In this document: piece after piece, positions 18,908 through 30,932 of the stretch
How the letters are laid out: each line of letters starts with the position of its first letter
Numbering within the stretch: position 1 is the first letter of the stretch
DNA from: Mycoplasma mycoides subsp. capri
GTDB lineage: Bacteria; Bacillota_I; Bacilli_A; Mycoplasmatales; Mycoplasmataceae
NCBI RefSeq assembly: GCF_018389705.1
Contig: NZ_CP065581.1
Location: 300,001 to 332,000, forward strand
Direction of reading: 5' to 3'
Length of the DNA: 32,000 nucleotides
Made by a program: the position numbers and the translations under genes
The notes under the pieces: generated by a model
Told to the model about the DNA's origin: nothing
The model's database searches: none
What the model saw: the letters and a program-made list of their open reading frames with translations, nothing else

Positions 18908-21871
18908 ATGAACTATATATCTTTATTAACTATTAAAAATCAATATGATTTTTTAGAATCTTTAATTACTATTGATCAATATATAGAATTTATTAAAAAA
19001 AATAAACTTAGTTATGCTTTTTATAGTGAAACTCATACTATGTATGGTGTTGCTGAGTTTTTTAAAAAAGCTACTGATAATAACATAAAACCAATAATTG
19101 GTTTAACAATTGAATTTGAAGATTCTACTAAACTAATAATTTATGCTAAAAACAAAAAAGGTTATCAAATTCTTAATTTTGTTTCTAGTTTTTTAAATGA
19201 TGGATTTAATCATTATGATTATGAAATTAAAGAATATATTTTAGAACTAGTTAATAATAATGTAGTTGTTGTTGGATTAATTAATGATCTAGATTTTAAA
19301 ACACATTTAATTAATAAGTTAAATAATGATTTTTATGATGTTAAAGAATTAAATTTATATTTTAATCAAATAAGTTATTTAGATATAAATGATCAAAAAA
19401 CTTTTAATATTTTAAATGCGATTAAAACTAATAAAACAATAGATCAAATTCAAAATATTAATAATTATTTTTATCCAGATAATGATTATTTAATAAAAAA
19501 TTATTCATTAGAAAATATTAAAAAAGTTATTAGTGAAATTAATTTAAAAGTTGATTTTAACTTATTTGATAGTAATGAAAAACACTTAGTAAAATACAAA
19601 AATATAAATAACTTATCTTCTTTTGAATATTTGCGTCAAGTTTGTTTATTGTCATTAAAAAAATATCAACAAAAAATTAAGCCTTATTTAGATTTAAAAC
19701 TATATATTAATAGATTAAATTATGAATTAGAAGTTATTAAACAAATGGGGTTTAGTGATTATTTTTTAATAGTTAGTGATTATGTAAATTTTGCAAAAAA
19801 AAATGATATTTTAGTAGGTCCTGGTAGAGGAAGTGCTGCTGGTAGTTTAATTAGCTATTTATTAAGAATTACAGATATTGATCCATTAGAATATGATTTA
19901 CTATTTGAAAGATTTTTAAATCCAGATCGTTCTAATTTACCAGATATTGACTTAGATTTTCAAGATAATAGAAGAGAAGAAGTTTTAGAATATTTATTTG
20001 AAAAATACGGTAAATATCATGTTGGTATGATTACAACTTATCAAACTATTGGTTATAAAATGGCTTGAAGAGATGTATGTAGAGTTTTTAATATTGATTT
20101 ATTAATCGTTAATAAAATTTCTAAAGTTTTAGATCAATACACAAATTCTGATTTTTTAGAATTTATTAAAGAAAATAAATTATTAAATGATTATTTTCAA
20201 AATGATTTATTTAAAGAAATATTTATAACAATGGATAAAATTGTAGGCCTACCACGTCAAACATCAACACATGCAGCTGGAATTGTATTAACTGATTGTG
20301 ATTTAAGAGAACTTGTTCCTATTAAAATTGGGTTTAATGGAATTAATCAAACTCAATTTGATATGAATTATTTAGATGCTTTAGGTTTAATTAAAATGGA
20401 TATTTTAGGGCTAAGAAATTTAACCACTATTCAAGAAATTAAACACTTAATATATTTAAATCAAAACTTAAAAATTAGCTTAAATAAAATTGATTTAAAT
20501 GATAAAAAAGCTTTTGAGCTTTTAAAAAATAAACAAACCTCAGGAATTTTTCAACTTGAATCAAAAGGAATGACTGATTTAATTTCAAAAATGCAAGTTG
20601 ATTCTATTGAACAAATTTCAATAGCTTCAGCTTTATATCGTCCAGGTCCTCAAGAAATGATTCCTATTTATTTAGAAAATAAAAAAACTAATAAGTTTAA
20701 AATCATTGATAAAAGTGTTTATGAAATTTTAAAACCAACTTATGGAATTATTGTTTATCAAGAACAAGTGATGCAAATGCTTAATAAAGTAGCTAATTTT
20801 TCTTATGCAAAAGCAGATATTATTAGAAGAGCTATGAGTAAAAAAAATAATAAAGTAATGCAATCAATGAAACTAGAATTTATTAATAGTGCAATTAAGA
20901 ATAATTTTTCTTATAATAAAGCTAATTTAATTTGAAATTGAATTGAAAAGTTTTCAAATTATGGATTTAATAAATCACATTCTATTTCTTATTCTTATAT
21001 AAGTTATTGATTAGCTTATTTTAAAGCTCATTTTACAACTGAATTTTATACTAGTTTATTAGATCAAAATATTGGTAATGAAATCAAAACTCAACAATAT
21101 ATTAAAGAATTATATGATTATAAAATTAAAGTTAATAAGCCAAGTGTAATTAATTCTAATTTTAATTATCAAATTATAAATAAACAAATTTATATGCCTT
21201 TAACTTGTATTAAATCAATTGGTTATGAAGTAGTTAAAAAGATTAATTTAGCTAAAACTGAAAATGAAAATATGTATTTAGATATTCATAATTTCATACT
21301 AGCTATGATTAAACAAAAAATTAATGTTAATGTATTACAAACCTTAATAAAAGCTGGAGCTTTAGATATTTTTAATTATAATAAAAAAACAATGATAGAA
21401 AATCTAGATCTATTAATTAGTCAAGCTAATGCTTATAAACAAGTTAATAATATTTTAGATGATGAAAAAATTAATTTAATTATTTATGATGAATATGAAG
21501 ATGAGATTCTAGCAAGCTTTGAAAAAGAATTATATGGTTTTTTTATTGACCAAAATCCTATTTTAAAACTTAAAACTAATAATTTTAATTTAAATCTTAT
21601 AGATATTTCTAAACTTGAATATAATAAAGTACAAGTGATTTTAGGTTATATTTTAAAAATTAAAGAAATTAAAGATAAAAATAACAATAAAATGGCATTT
21701 GTAACAGTTTTTGATAACACTAGTGAAGTTGAACTAACAATTTTTAGTAGTGATTATAAAGATATTTCTGATCAATTAATAGAAAATAAAGCTTATGTTT
21801 TTAAAGTATTAAAAACTAAGACAAATAATAAAACTTCAATAAAGTTTATTAGTTTAATTAAAGCTATTTAG
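18908..21871 (+). CDS. dnaE: DNA polymerase III alpha subunit, DnaE type (987 aa)
   Basis: AAGGAG RBS. GPGRGSAAGSLISYLLRITDIDPL and LFERFLNPDRSNLPDIDLDF palm motifs. HAAGIV, LGLLKMD-like block, NKSHS. Four fragments join via TGA; stop TAG 21869-21871. Confidence 0.95.
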
Positions 21872-21879
21872 GAGGTTAT

Positions 21880-24615
21880 ATGAAAACTAAAATTTTAGTA
21901 GTAGATGGTAATTCTTTGATTTTTAGAGCTTTTTATGCAACTGCTTATTCATCAAATAGTAATTTATTAAAAACAAAAAGTGGTGTTTTAACAAATGCAG
22001 TTTATTCTTTTATTAATATGTTATTATCTGTAATTCATCAAAGAGGACCTTATGATCATATTTTAATAGCATTTGATAAAGGTAAAAAAACTTTTAGACA
22101 CGATTTATTAAGTGATTATAAAGCTAATAGAATTAAAACTCCTAACGAATTAGTTGAACAATTTAGTATTGTTAGAGAATTTTTAACAAAAGCAAACATT
22201 CAATGATTTGAACAAGAAAACATTGAAGCTGATGATATTGTTGGATCAATTTGTAAATACGCTGAAAAACAATTTGATGATTTAGAAGCTGAAATTTTAA
22301 GTAGTGATAAAGATATGTATCAACTAATTACAAATAAAGTAATTTGTTTAAACCCAGTTCAAGGAGTTAATGAACTTGAAGAAGTTGATACTAATAAATT
22401 GTTTGAAAAATGACAAATTTCACCAAACCAAGTTCCAGATTATAAAGCAATAGTTGGTGATTCTTCAGATAATTTAAAAGGAGTTAATGGGATTGGGCAA
22501 AAAGGAGCTATTAAATTAATTCAACAATATCAAAATTTAGAAAATATTTATAATAATTTAGAACAAATAAAAGGTGCTATTAAAACTAAATTAGAACAAG
22601 ATAAAAAAATGGCTTTTTTATGTAAAGATTTAGCAACAATTAAAACTGATGTAACTTTAGAAAATTTTTCTTTTAAAAAATTAGATTTTAATGTTGATAA
22701 TATTTATGAGTTTTTAAATAAATATGAAATGTATTCTTTAAAAAAACGCTTTACAAATATTTTAAATCTTGATTTTAATCCTTATCAGAATAAAAAACAA
22801 AATTTAGATGTTAGAATAATTAATTCTTGATCAAAAGATTATGAAGATTCTATAAATTATTTATATGTTGAATCATTAGAAGAAGATTATCATAAAGATA
22901 AAATTATTGGAATTGGTATTTCAAATAATAAAGGTAATTTTTATTTAGATTTTAAAAATAAAGCTCAACAATTATCTTTTTTTGAAGATACAACACTAAG
23001 TTCAATTGATAGTTTGTTTGAAGAATTTTTAAATAATTCTAATTTAAAAAAATATACTTATGATATTAAAAAAACTACTTATTTATTAAAAAATCACAAC
23101 TATAATGTTTTAGCAAGTAATTTTGATTTTGATTTTATGGTTGCTTGTTATTCTTTAAATGCTAATGTTGTTTCTGATTTATCTAATCAAATTAAATTAG
23201 TTGATAATTTCATTGAATTAGAAACTATTGATGAAATTTTTGGAAAAGGTGTTAAAAAAAATCCAGATATAGATCTTGATATTAAATCTAAATATATTAG
23301 TAAAAAAGCTTATTTATTAAAAAAATATTCTGATCAATTAATTGAACAATTAAAACAAACTAATACTTATGATTTATATTTAAAAATTGATCACCCTTTA
23401 ATTGAGGTTTTATATGATATTGAAGTTCAAGGAATTTTAATAGATAAAGAACAATTAAAACTACAAACCCAACAAATATTAAAAAAAATAAATCATATTG
23501 AAGGACAAATGAAAATTTTAGTCGCTGAAGAAATTGATAATAATTTTAATTTTTCTTCACCAAAGCAAATTCAAGAATTACTATTTGATAAATTAAAATT
23601 ACCTAATTTAGAAAAAGGTACTACTAGTAAAGAAGTTTTAGAAAAATTAATAACTTATCATCCAATAATCAATTTATTATTAGAACATAGAAAATATACT
23701 AAGTTATATACAACTTATTTAAAAGGTTTTGAAAAATTTATTTTTGATGATAATAAAGTTCATACTATTTTTAATCATACTTTAACAAATACTGGTAGAT
23801 TAAGTTCTTCTTATCCAAATATTCAAAATATTTCTATTAGAGATAATGAACAAAAAGAAGTTAGAAAAATTTTTATTACAAATAATAATAAGACTTTTTT
23901 AAGTTATGATTATTCTCAAATTGAACTAAGAGTTTTAGCACAAATGTCTAAAGAAACAAATTTAATTAATGCATTTAATCAAAATGCTGATATTCACTTA
24001 CAAGCTGCCAAATTAATTTTTAATCTTAGTGATGATCAAATCACAAGTGAACAAAGAAGAATAGCTAAAGTTTTTAATTTTGGAATTTTATATGGTTTAA
24101 CTGATTTTGGTTTAGCAAGTGATTTAAATATCAGTGTTAATCAAGCAAAACAAATGATTAAAGATTATTATTCTGCTTTTCCAAGTTTATTAGAATTTAA
24201 AGAAAAGCAAGTAGAAATAGCAACAAATCAAGGTTATATTACAACTTTATCCAATAGAAGAAGATATATTAATGAATTAAATTCAACAAATCATAACATC
24301 AGACAATTTGGAAAAAGAATAGCAGTAAATACACCAATTCAAGGAACTGCTTCAGATATTTTAAAAGTAGCTATGATAAGTATTTATAAAAAGTTAAAAG
24401 AACAAAATTTAGATGCTAGAATTGTTTGTCAAATTCATGATGAAATTATTTTAGAAGTTGATGATAATCAATTAGAACAAACTAAAAAAATTGTTGTTAG
24501 TGAATTAGAAAATGCTTTAGAAAAACTATTTTTAGATCTAAATATAAAAGAACAAGTAGTTGTTAAATTAAAAGTTGGAGAATCAGTTGGTAAGACTTGA
24601 TTTGATCTAAAATAG
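21880..24615 (+). CDS. polA: DNA polymerase I (911 aa): 5'-3' exonuclease, vestigial 3'-5' exo-like domain, polymerase domain
   Basis: AGGAGG RBS overlaps the dnaE stop. N-terminal VDGNSLIFRAFYA and GDSSDNLKGVNGIGQKGA (5' nuclease). DYSQIELRVLA (motif A), RRIAKVFNFGILYG (motif B), QIHDEIILEV (motif C). The exo region reads VESLEEDYH rather than DxE. Stop TAG 24613-24615. Confidence 0.95.
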
Positions 24616-24625
24616 AAAGGTTAAT

Positions 24626-25450
24626 ATGCCAGAACTACCAGAAGTTGTTACAGTCACAAATACAATCAAACCAAAAATTATAAATAGAACTATTTTAAAT
24701 TCACAAATATTTACAAATAAAATCATTTCTTCAACTAGTGTTGATCAATTTATTAATTTAACAAAAAATCAAAAAATCTATGATGTTTATAATCTAGCAA
24801 AATATATTGTTATTGAATTAAAAGAACACGTAATTATTTCTCATTTAAGAATGACTGGTAAATGAGTAATTGAAAATTCTGATCAATATGCTTATAAAAA
24901 GTCATGATTAAGAGCTGAATTATTATTAGATAATAATTTAGTTTTTAGATTTTATGATATGCGCGGATTTGGAACTTTAAATCTTTATAATAAACAAACT
25001 TTTTTAAAAGACTCACATTTAGATAAATTAGGACCAATTCCTTTAAATAATCAAACTAGTGTTGATTATTTATTTAATAAATTACAAAAATCTAATAAAG
25101 CTATTAAAACAGTTTTACTAGATCAACACGTTATCAGTGGATTAGGAAATATTTATGTTAATGAAGTATTATTTTTATCAAAAATTAATCCTTTAACTAA
25201 TGCTAATTTAATAACAAAAGATCAAACTAATCAAATTATTAAAAATTGCGAAACTGTTTTAAGTCAAGCAATTTTATTAAAAGGTACTACAATTAGTGAT
25301 TTTGAATCACTTCCAGGAATAACTGGTGGTTATCAAACTAAACTTTTAGTACATATGAATAATAAAAATTGTAAAATTTGTGATACTAAAATTTCTAAAA
25401 TAAAAGTTAATGGAAGAGGAACATATTATTGTTCAAAGTGTCAAAATTAA
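24626..25450 (+). CDS. mutM: Formamidopyrimidine-DNA glycosylase (274 aa)
   Basis: N-terminal MPELPEV catalytic motif, H2TH block GLGNIYVNEVLF, C-terminal zinc finger CKICDTKI...GRGTYYCSKCQ. Confidence 0.95.
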
Positions 25451-25451
25451 A

Positions 25452-25479
25452 TGTGGATAAGTGGATAAGATATAGATAA
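25452..25479. promoter_or_regulatory. Head-to-tail DnaA-box cluster
   Basis: TGTGGATAA (25452-25460) is the exact complement of the TTATCCACA consensus. AGTGGATAA (25460-25468) matches 8/9. TATAGATAA (25471-25479) matches 7/9. All three are in the same orientation. Confidence 0.6.
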
Positions 25480-25513
25480 CTACTATTTAAAACTACTATT
25501 TATAACTTCTAAC

Positions 25514-25552
25514 AAGCAATTAATTACCAATTAAAAATAATTGCTTTTTTTC
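25514..25552 (+). terminator. Rho-independent terminator of fpg
   Basis: Stem AAGCAATTA (25514-25522) / TAATTGCTT (25538-25546), 15-nt loop, T7 run. Confidence 0.65.
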
Positions 25553-25606
25553 TTTTAAAAAAAATATAAACTTAGGTATTATAACTAGTAGAAAAGAGGT
25601 AAAGAT

Positions 25607-26791
25607 ATGTTAAGTAAGAACTTTTCTTATTCAGTTAGTTTAAATTTTGAACTAGACCAAGAACAATATAAGTCTTTAACTTGTTTATATCAACCTCTTA
25701 TTAGTGCTCAAGCTATAAGTTTATATTTAACATTAATTCAAGAAGTAAGAATTAGTAACATTTTAAAAGAAGAAGCCTTAGAATCAAAAAGATTATTAAA
25801 TATCACTAATTTTTCTTATAAAGAATTAATTAAAACACTAGATTTATTAAATGCTTTTAAATTAATTAAAGTTTATGTTAAAAAAAGTGATTATAGTTTA
25901 ATTAAATTTGAAATTTTAGCACCACTAAAAAGTGATGAATTTTTTAATCATACATATTTAAATAATTTATTGTTAAATAAATTAGAAGCAAATGATTATG
26001 AAATTACAAAATTTATGTTAGTTAATGAAACTAAAATCAATACTAATCAATACCAACAAATAGTAGTTGATTTAACTGATATTTATGATCAAAGTTTAAT
26101 TGCTGATATTAATATTTTTGATACTGAAGTTAATAGTTTTAATACTTATTTAAAAAAATTAAACCAATTAATAAATGTTGATTATGTATTAAATAGTTTA
26201 AAAGATAAAAATATTGATTTAGATTTTATTCAACAAAGTACTTTAAAAAGTTTATATGATTTATTAACTATTAAAAAACCTAGTGAAGATCAAATTATTT
26301 ATTTAATTACTAATTCTTATGATTTTATAAACAAAAATATTGATATAAATATTTTTAAAAAATTATTAATTAATTTAATTACTAAAAAAGAAACTAATTT
26401 TGATAATAAAGAATTACTTGATTTAATAAATCAAACTACTTGATCTGAATATAGTAAGAAAAAATATGATATTGATCTAAGTTCATATACAACTGTATTT
26501 GAAAATATTAAACAAAATTATTGTTTATCTAATGGAATAATTAATTGTTTAATTGATTTTTCTTATAAAAAAAACAATGGTCAAATTATTGTTAAATATA
26601 TAGCAAAAATTGCAAAAACTTTATTTGATAAAAACATTAACACTACTTTAAAAGTAATGCAATTTTTAAAAAATATTCAATCTAAATCTATAAATTATAA
26701 CTATGAAACAATGTTTGATTCTAATGATTTTAACTTACAAACTGAAGCTATTTTTGAGTTTAGTGAAGAAGAGTTGAAGTGTTTAGTATAG
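25607..26791 (+). CDS. dnaB: Replication initiation/membrane attachment protein, Bacillus DnaB type (not the replicative helicase) (394 aa)
   Basis: GAGGTAAAG RBS. N-terminal LYQPLISAQAISLYLTLIQE matches the B. subtilis DnaB/DnaD-family block YQPLIG..A.SLY.TL. C-terminal DnaD-like repeat region. One internal TGA; stop TAG 26789-26791. Confidence 0.8.
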
Positions 26792-26800
26792 AAAGTATTT

Positions 26801-27739
26801 ATGAAATTAAGTGATTATAAAAATAATGTCAAAATTAAAAAATTAATTGAAGATTCACAAAATTCAAATGACATTATTACTGATAAAGTTTTATTAGAAA
26901 ATCAAAATATTTTAGATGAATTTTTATTAAACTATAAAGAATGTAATTTAGATACAAAATGTGAACAAGTAGTTAAAAATTATCAAGTTGATTTAGTTTT
27001 TAAAGACCATCAGTTCTATTTAAAAAATGTTTTATGTGTTCATGGAAAACAAACAGAAAAACTATTTATTATTAAAAAAAATTATTGATTTTGTGATTTT
27101 GATTTAAATTTATTTCATTTAACTATTGATGAATATTTTAATACTCAACTAAATAATGCATCATTTACTTTATTAGATCAAAATGAAAAAAATATCCGTA
27201 AAACTATTTTAAAAACAATTATTAAACAAATACAAAAAGGTTATAAAAAAGGATTTTATTTATACGGTAATTCAGGAGTTGGTAAAACTTATATTTTTAA
27301 AGTTTTAGCAAACACTTTAGCTAGTAAAAATAAAACTGTAATTTTTTCAACACTAAGATCTTTAATTGATAAATTAAAAGAATCATTTAATTCTTCAGAA
27401 ATTAATTCTTTAACATTAATTAAAAAAATTAAAACTGTAGATTTCTTATTTTTAGATGATATTGGAGGAGAAAATTTAAGTTTATGAGCTAGAGATGATT
27501 TTTTATTTGAAGTATTAAACTATCGAATGGAAAATCAAAAACCAACTTTTTTTACTTCTAATTTTTCTATTGATTTATTAGAAAAAAATTTACAATTTAC
27601 TAAACAATATAATAATTTTTTAACTACTCAAGATGTTTTTAAATTAGAAAAAATTAAAATTGATCGTTTAATTTCAAGAATAAAAACTCTAGCAAAAGAG
27701 ATTAATTTGACAGGTAAAAACAAAAGACAAACCAACTAA
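26801..27739 (+). CDS. dnaI: Primosomal helicase loader DnaI (AAA+, 312 aa)
   Basis: Walker A GNSGVGKTY, Walker B DFLFLDDIG, N-terminal Cys/His-containing domain. Located directly downstream of the dnaB-type gene, as in Bacillus. Confidence 0.85.
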
Positions 27740-27788
27740 AATGCTTTTATTTATAAATATTCTATAAATTTATTTGTATAATTTAAAA

Positions 27789-27797
27789 TGTTATAAT
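27789..27797 (+). promoter_or_regulatory. Extended -10 promoter (TGTTATAAT) of gapA
   Basis: TG 27789-27790 and consensus TATAAT 27792-27797. AAAGGTAAC RBS region; ATG at 27840. Confidence 0.55.
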
Positions 27798-27818
27798 TTT
27801 TTTATATGAATGAATTAA

Positions 27819-28856
<1,038 letters not shown>

Positions 28857-28863
28857 AACTAAA

Positions 28864-28912
28864 AAATCTAAACTTTTTATTATGTTTTAATAAAGGTTTA
28901 GATTTTGTTTTT
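28864..28912 (+). terminator. Hairpin/terminator after gapA
   Basis: 10-bp stem AAATCTAAAC (28864-28873) / GTTTAGATTT (28896-28905), 22-nt loop, T-rich tail. Confidence 0.55.
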
Positions 28913-28971
28913 TAATTATGAATTTATTTAAATATAGTAGAATAAGTATAACTACTATAAAAGGAGAAAAT

Positions 28972-30186
28972 ATGAATTACAATAACAAAAAAACATTAAA
29001 AGACATAGATGTTAAAAATAAAACTGTATTAGTTCGTGTGGATTTTAATGTACCAATTCAATCTGGAGTTATTACTGATGATAATCGTATAATTGCTGCT
29101 CTTCCTACTATAAATTACTTACTTGAAAATGATGCAAAAATTGTTTTATTTTCACACTTATCAAGAATTAAATCAAAAGAAGATAAACTAAAAAAATCTT
29201 TAGCTCCAGTTGCTAAAAGATTAGAAGAATTATTAAATAAACAAGTTAAATTTATTAATCAAACTAGAGGACAAGAACTAGAAAAAGCTATTAGTTCACT
29301 ACAATCTAAAGAAATTATTTTAGTTGAAAACACTAGATTTGAAGATGTTTTAGATGATCAAGTTGTTAAGTATGAATCAAAAAACAATCATGAATTAGGA
29401 AAATATTGAGCTAGTTTAGGAGAAGTTTTTGTAAATGATGCTTTTGGAACTGCACATAGAGCACATGCTTCAAATGTTGGAATTGCTTCAAATATTAAAG
29501 TCTCAGCTATTGGATTTTTAGTTGAAAAAGAACTAAAAATGTTATCACAAGCAGTTAATGAACCTAAAAAACCATTTATTGCTATTTTAGGGGGAGCTAA
29601 AGTTTCAGATAAAATTGGTGTTATTGAAAATTTATTACCAAAAGTAGATAAATTACTAATTGGTGGGGGAATGAGTTATACATTCTTAAAAGCACTAGGA
29701 AAAACTATTGGTAAATCATTATTAGAAGAAGATAAAATTGATTTAGCAAAACATTATTTAGAAATTGGTAAAGATAAAATTGTAGTACCTGTTGATACTG
29801 CTTGTGCAAAAGAATTTGCAGATGTTAGTCCAACCATTTTTGAAGGAAATATTCCTGATGAATGAGATGGATTAGATGCTGGACCAAAAACAATTGAATT
29901 ATTTAAACAAGAAATTAAAAAAGCTAAGACTATTGTTTGAAATGGACCTGTTGGAGTATTTGAATTTAAAAACTTTGAAAACGGTACAAAATCAGTGTGT
30001 CAAGCTATTGCTGAACAAACACAAAATGGTGCATTTACTTTAATTGGTGGTGGAGATAGTGCTTCAGCTGCAATTAATATGGGATTTAAAGATAAATTTT
30101 CATGAATTTCAACTGGTGGAGGAGCTTCGCTTGAATTTATGGAAGGAAAAGAATTACTAGGTATTTCTGCAATTCAAGATAAATAA
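28972..30186 (+). CDS. pgk: Phosphoglycerate kinase (404 aa)
   Basis: AAAGGAG RBS then ATG 28972 (MNYNNKKTL). [39 protein letters not shown]. The track start at 28918 is rejected because it lacks an RBS. Confidence 0.95.
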
Positions 30187-30208
30187 TTTTAATACTAATT
30201 AATGGATT

Positions 30209-30237
30209 AAAAAACTCACTTTATAGTGAGTTTTTTA
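30209..30237. terminator. Bidirectional terminator (pgk / convergent lipoprotein gene)
   Basis: Stem AAAACTCACT / AGTGAGTTTT with a TTAT loop, flanked by A and T runs. The right arm overlaps the lipoprotein stop at 30237-30235. Confidence 0.75.
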
Positions 30238-30750
30238 TTGCTTGATATATTCTTTATTAACTAATATTTTAAACGCTTCCTGACACTTTAATCATTTAGG
30301 AAGTATAGAACCTCCTGTTGAATAATCAGGAATAGATATTTTTCCTAACTGAGGAGGCATGGGTTTTCTTCCTAACTGAGGAGGCATGGGTCTTCTTGCT
30401 AACTGAGGATATTGAGGACATTCTTCTAATATAGCTATTAACTCTGATTCAGTTATTGGTGTGGGTATTATTTTTAATCTTTTATCTGATTTGGACCTTG
30501 TTATGGGTTTGACATCCAATTTAGGTTTTATTTCTGGTTTTATTAATATTTTAGAAGTTGTTTCAGGATTTGTTTTAGTGTCTTTTTCACTATTGTTTTT
30601 ATTAGATTTTATTTCAAAATCATAATCATCATTCTTATTATTATTATTATTATTTAATTTAGAATTTGTTTTATTTCCGCAAGCAATTACAGTTAAATTA
30701 GTTGAAGCTATTAAACCTGTTAAACATAGTAAAGTTAGTATTTTTTTCAT
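30235..30750 (-). CDS. Lipoprotein with Pro-rich tandem repeats (171 aa)
   Basis: GGGGGA RBS. Signal peptide MKKILTLLCLTGLIASTNLTVIAC with lipobox Cys24. Poly-Asn run. Repeat RRPMPPQLG / RKPMPPQLG. Extends beyond the track ORF through TGA 30294-30292 to TAA 30237-30235. Confidence 0.85.
30344..30409. repeat. 27-bp tandem repeat, about 2.4 copies, inside the lipoprotein gene
   Basis: Copy 1 is 30344-30370 (CCTAACTGAGGAGGCATGGGTTTTCTT). Copy 2 is 30371-30397 with 1 mismatch. A partial third copy spans 30398-30409. Confidence 0.9.
30635..30652. repeat. Trinucleotide microsatellite (TTA)6 = (AAT)6 on the coding strand, encoding poly-Asn
   Basis: Six perfect TTA units counted directly. They correspond to NNNNNN in the lipoprotein. 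Confidence 0.9.
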
Positions 30751-30886
30751 TTAATCCCCCATCAGAAAGCATTTATTTCATATACATAAATGTTTTATTT
30801 TAGCTTTAACATCATATATAATATCAGGTTCAAAAAATACATTTTTTGTTTAAACAAAAATATCTAAAAACTAATAAAAAAATAAT

Positions 30887-30918
30887 AAAAAACTAAATCA
30901 ATTGTAGACTTAGTTTTT
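30887..30918 (-). terminator. Terminator of lemA (reverse strand)
   Basis: Stem AAAAACTAA (30888-30896) / TTAGTTTTT (30910-30918), 13-nt loop. On the - strand it is followed by a T-run. Confidence 0.55.
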
Positions 30919-30932
30919 AAAGTTAATTATTT

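Noticed and set aside
19795-19803. A9 homopolymer inside dnaE as a second frameshift site
   Set aside because: The run is in frame (GCA AAA AAA AAT) and the conserved DnaE sequence continues uninterrupted. It is a potential slippage site but not an observed disruption.
25452-25479. DnaA-box cluster as the chromosomal replication origin
   Set aside because: Only 2-3 boxes are present, all in one orientation, in a short 3' region of fpg. No dnaA/dnaN genes are nearby, and there is no distinct unwinding element beyond the generally AT-rich background. A regulatory or titration site is more plausible.
30751-30840. TA-dinucleotide phase-variation spacer in the lipoprotein promoter (vmm-like)
   Set aside because: Only about 3.5 TA units (ATATATA) are present, and no convincing -35/-10 pair flanks them. 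This is too short to support a slippage switch.
30843-30860. Perfect 18-bp palindrome TTTTTGTTTAAACAAAAA between lemA and the lipoprotein gene
   Set aside because: It is almost pure A/T with no loop, so it would form a very weak hairpin. Such palindromes arise easily in AT-rich intergenic DNA, and no second copy or positional logic was found.
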